Source of the DNA: Deltaproteobacteria bacterium
Lineage (GTDB): Bacteria > Desulfobacterota > Desulfobulbia > Desulfobulbales > SURF-16
NCBI GenBank assembly: GCA_029939635.1
Contig: JAOZSN010000001.1
Coordinates: 15,833-79,832 of the forward strand
Direction of reading: 5' to 3'
DNA length: 64,000 bases
The notes beneath the pieces are model-generated. The model was given only the letters and a program-made list of their open reading frames with translations, searched no databases and was not told where the DNA came from. Of this stretch, positions 63,737 to 64,000 are shown piece by piece (position 1 is the first letter of the stretch; each line of letters begins with the position of its first letter). The translations under genes were made by a program, and so were the position numbers.

Positions 63737-64000
63737 ATGGTAAAAGAAATCTCCCACAAGAAGCTCCAAGCCTTCTTAACAAAACAGTCCTTCCCCAGCA
63801 TCCCAGGGTGGAACTCCCTCTTCCACTGCCTCTTTGGCAAGCAAAACTGCCCAGACCTCAATAGTGAACAGCAGCAGCAAATGCAGGAGCTTCTGTATGG
63901 AGCCATATCCAGCAAGACCTATACTCCTGCCTCCTTTGTAAAAATAACAAAGGGTATGGATCGCATCATCAATGCCCCCTACATCAAAGAGCTTCAAAAA
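63737..64000 (+). CDS. Partial CDS of unknown function (runs off right edge)
   Basis: My translation from the ATG at 63737 reads MVKEISHKKLQAFLTKQSFPSIPGWNSLFHCLFGKQNCPDLNSEQQQQMQELLYG... It stays open for 88 codons to the window end. The competing minus-strand ORF 63776-63997 looks less protein-like. Confidence 0.4.
   Translation, partial: MVKEISHKKLQAFLTKQSFPSIPGWNSLFHCLFGKQNCPDLNSEQQQQMQELLYGAISSKTYTPASFVKITKGMDRIINAPYIKELQK

Noticed and set aside
63776-63997. 73-aa minus-strand ORF at the right edge
   Set aside because: The opposite strand carries an ORF open to the window end with a more protein-like sequence and an upstream AAAGG. Only one of the two can be real, and the evidence for either is weak.

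Overview
Densely coding bacterial chromosome segment. The gene content (two sigma-54 enhancer-binding response regulators, a complex-I-like Ehr/Hyf membrane module, a DUF3365 haem-type sensor, HrpA, TopB, DinB, QueDE) suggests an anaerobic Desulfobacterota/Desulfobulbales-like organism, but that taxonomy is inference only. All calls come from reading the ORF translations and the DNA by eye. No BLAST, HMM or folding program was run. Three parts stand out. (1) 1-17.8 kb is the best candidate for an undescribed system. A 2329-aa cadherin-repeat adhesin has no Sec signal peptide and no RTX repeats. It sits in one tightly coupled minus-strand operon with a HlyD-type adaptor, a C-terminally truncated SecA paralogue, a site-2-protease(M50)::HlyD fusion and a GAF::HlyD fusion. 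A sigma-54 promoter, a TolC-family gene and an NtrC-type regulator lie divergently. This is the parts list of a tripartite/T1SS-like exporter, but a SecA-like motor stands where an ABC or RND pump would be. (2) 32.9-46.5 kb holds a sigma-54 two-component system divergent from a strong -24/-12 promoter. That promoter drives three small or unknown genes plus a six-gene group-4-hydrogenase-like module. The module's large subunit has lost all four canonical [NiFe] cysteine ligands, making it Ehr-type. Its HycF-like and NuoB-like subunits are fused, and it is bracketed by a Cys/His/Cys-containing unknown protein and a bona fide beta-carbonic anhydrase. Two homologous nested-hairpin elements flank its last gene. 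(3) The rest is mostly housekeeping or accessory: ABC-2 transporter, TopB, radical SAM plus GNAT, YajD, DinB, an MMPL/LolA-like/OMP trio, HrpA, an orphan actin-like ATPase convergent with a zinc-ribbon PilZ protein, a soluble histidine kinase plus an output-less DUF3365-HAMP sensor, a decayed IS630 transposase, DHH phosphoesterase, DUF1015, QueD/QueE, FmdE-like and SrkA. There is also a small gene interrupted by an in-frame TAA. I saw no rRNA, tRNA or CRISPR array.
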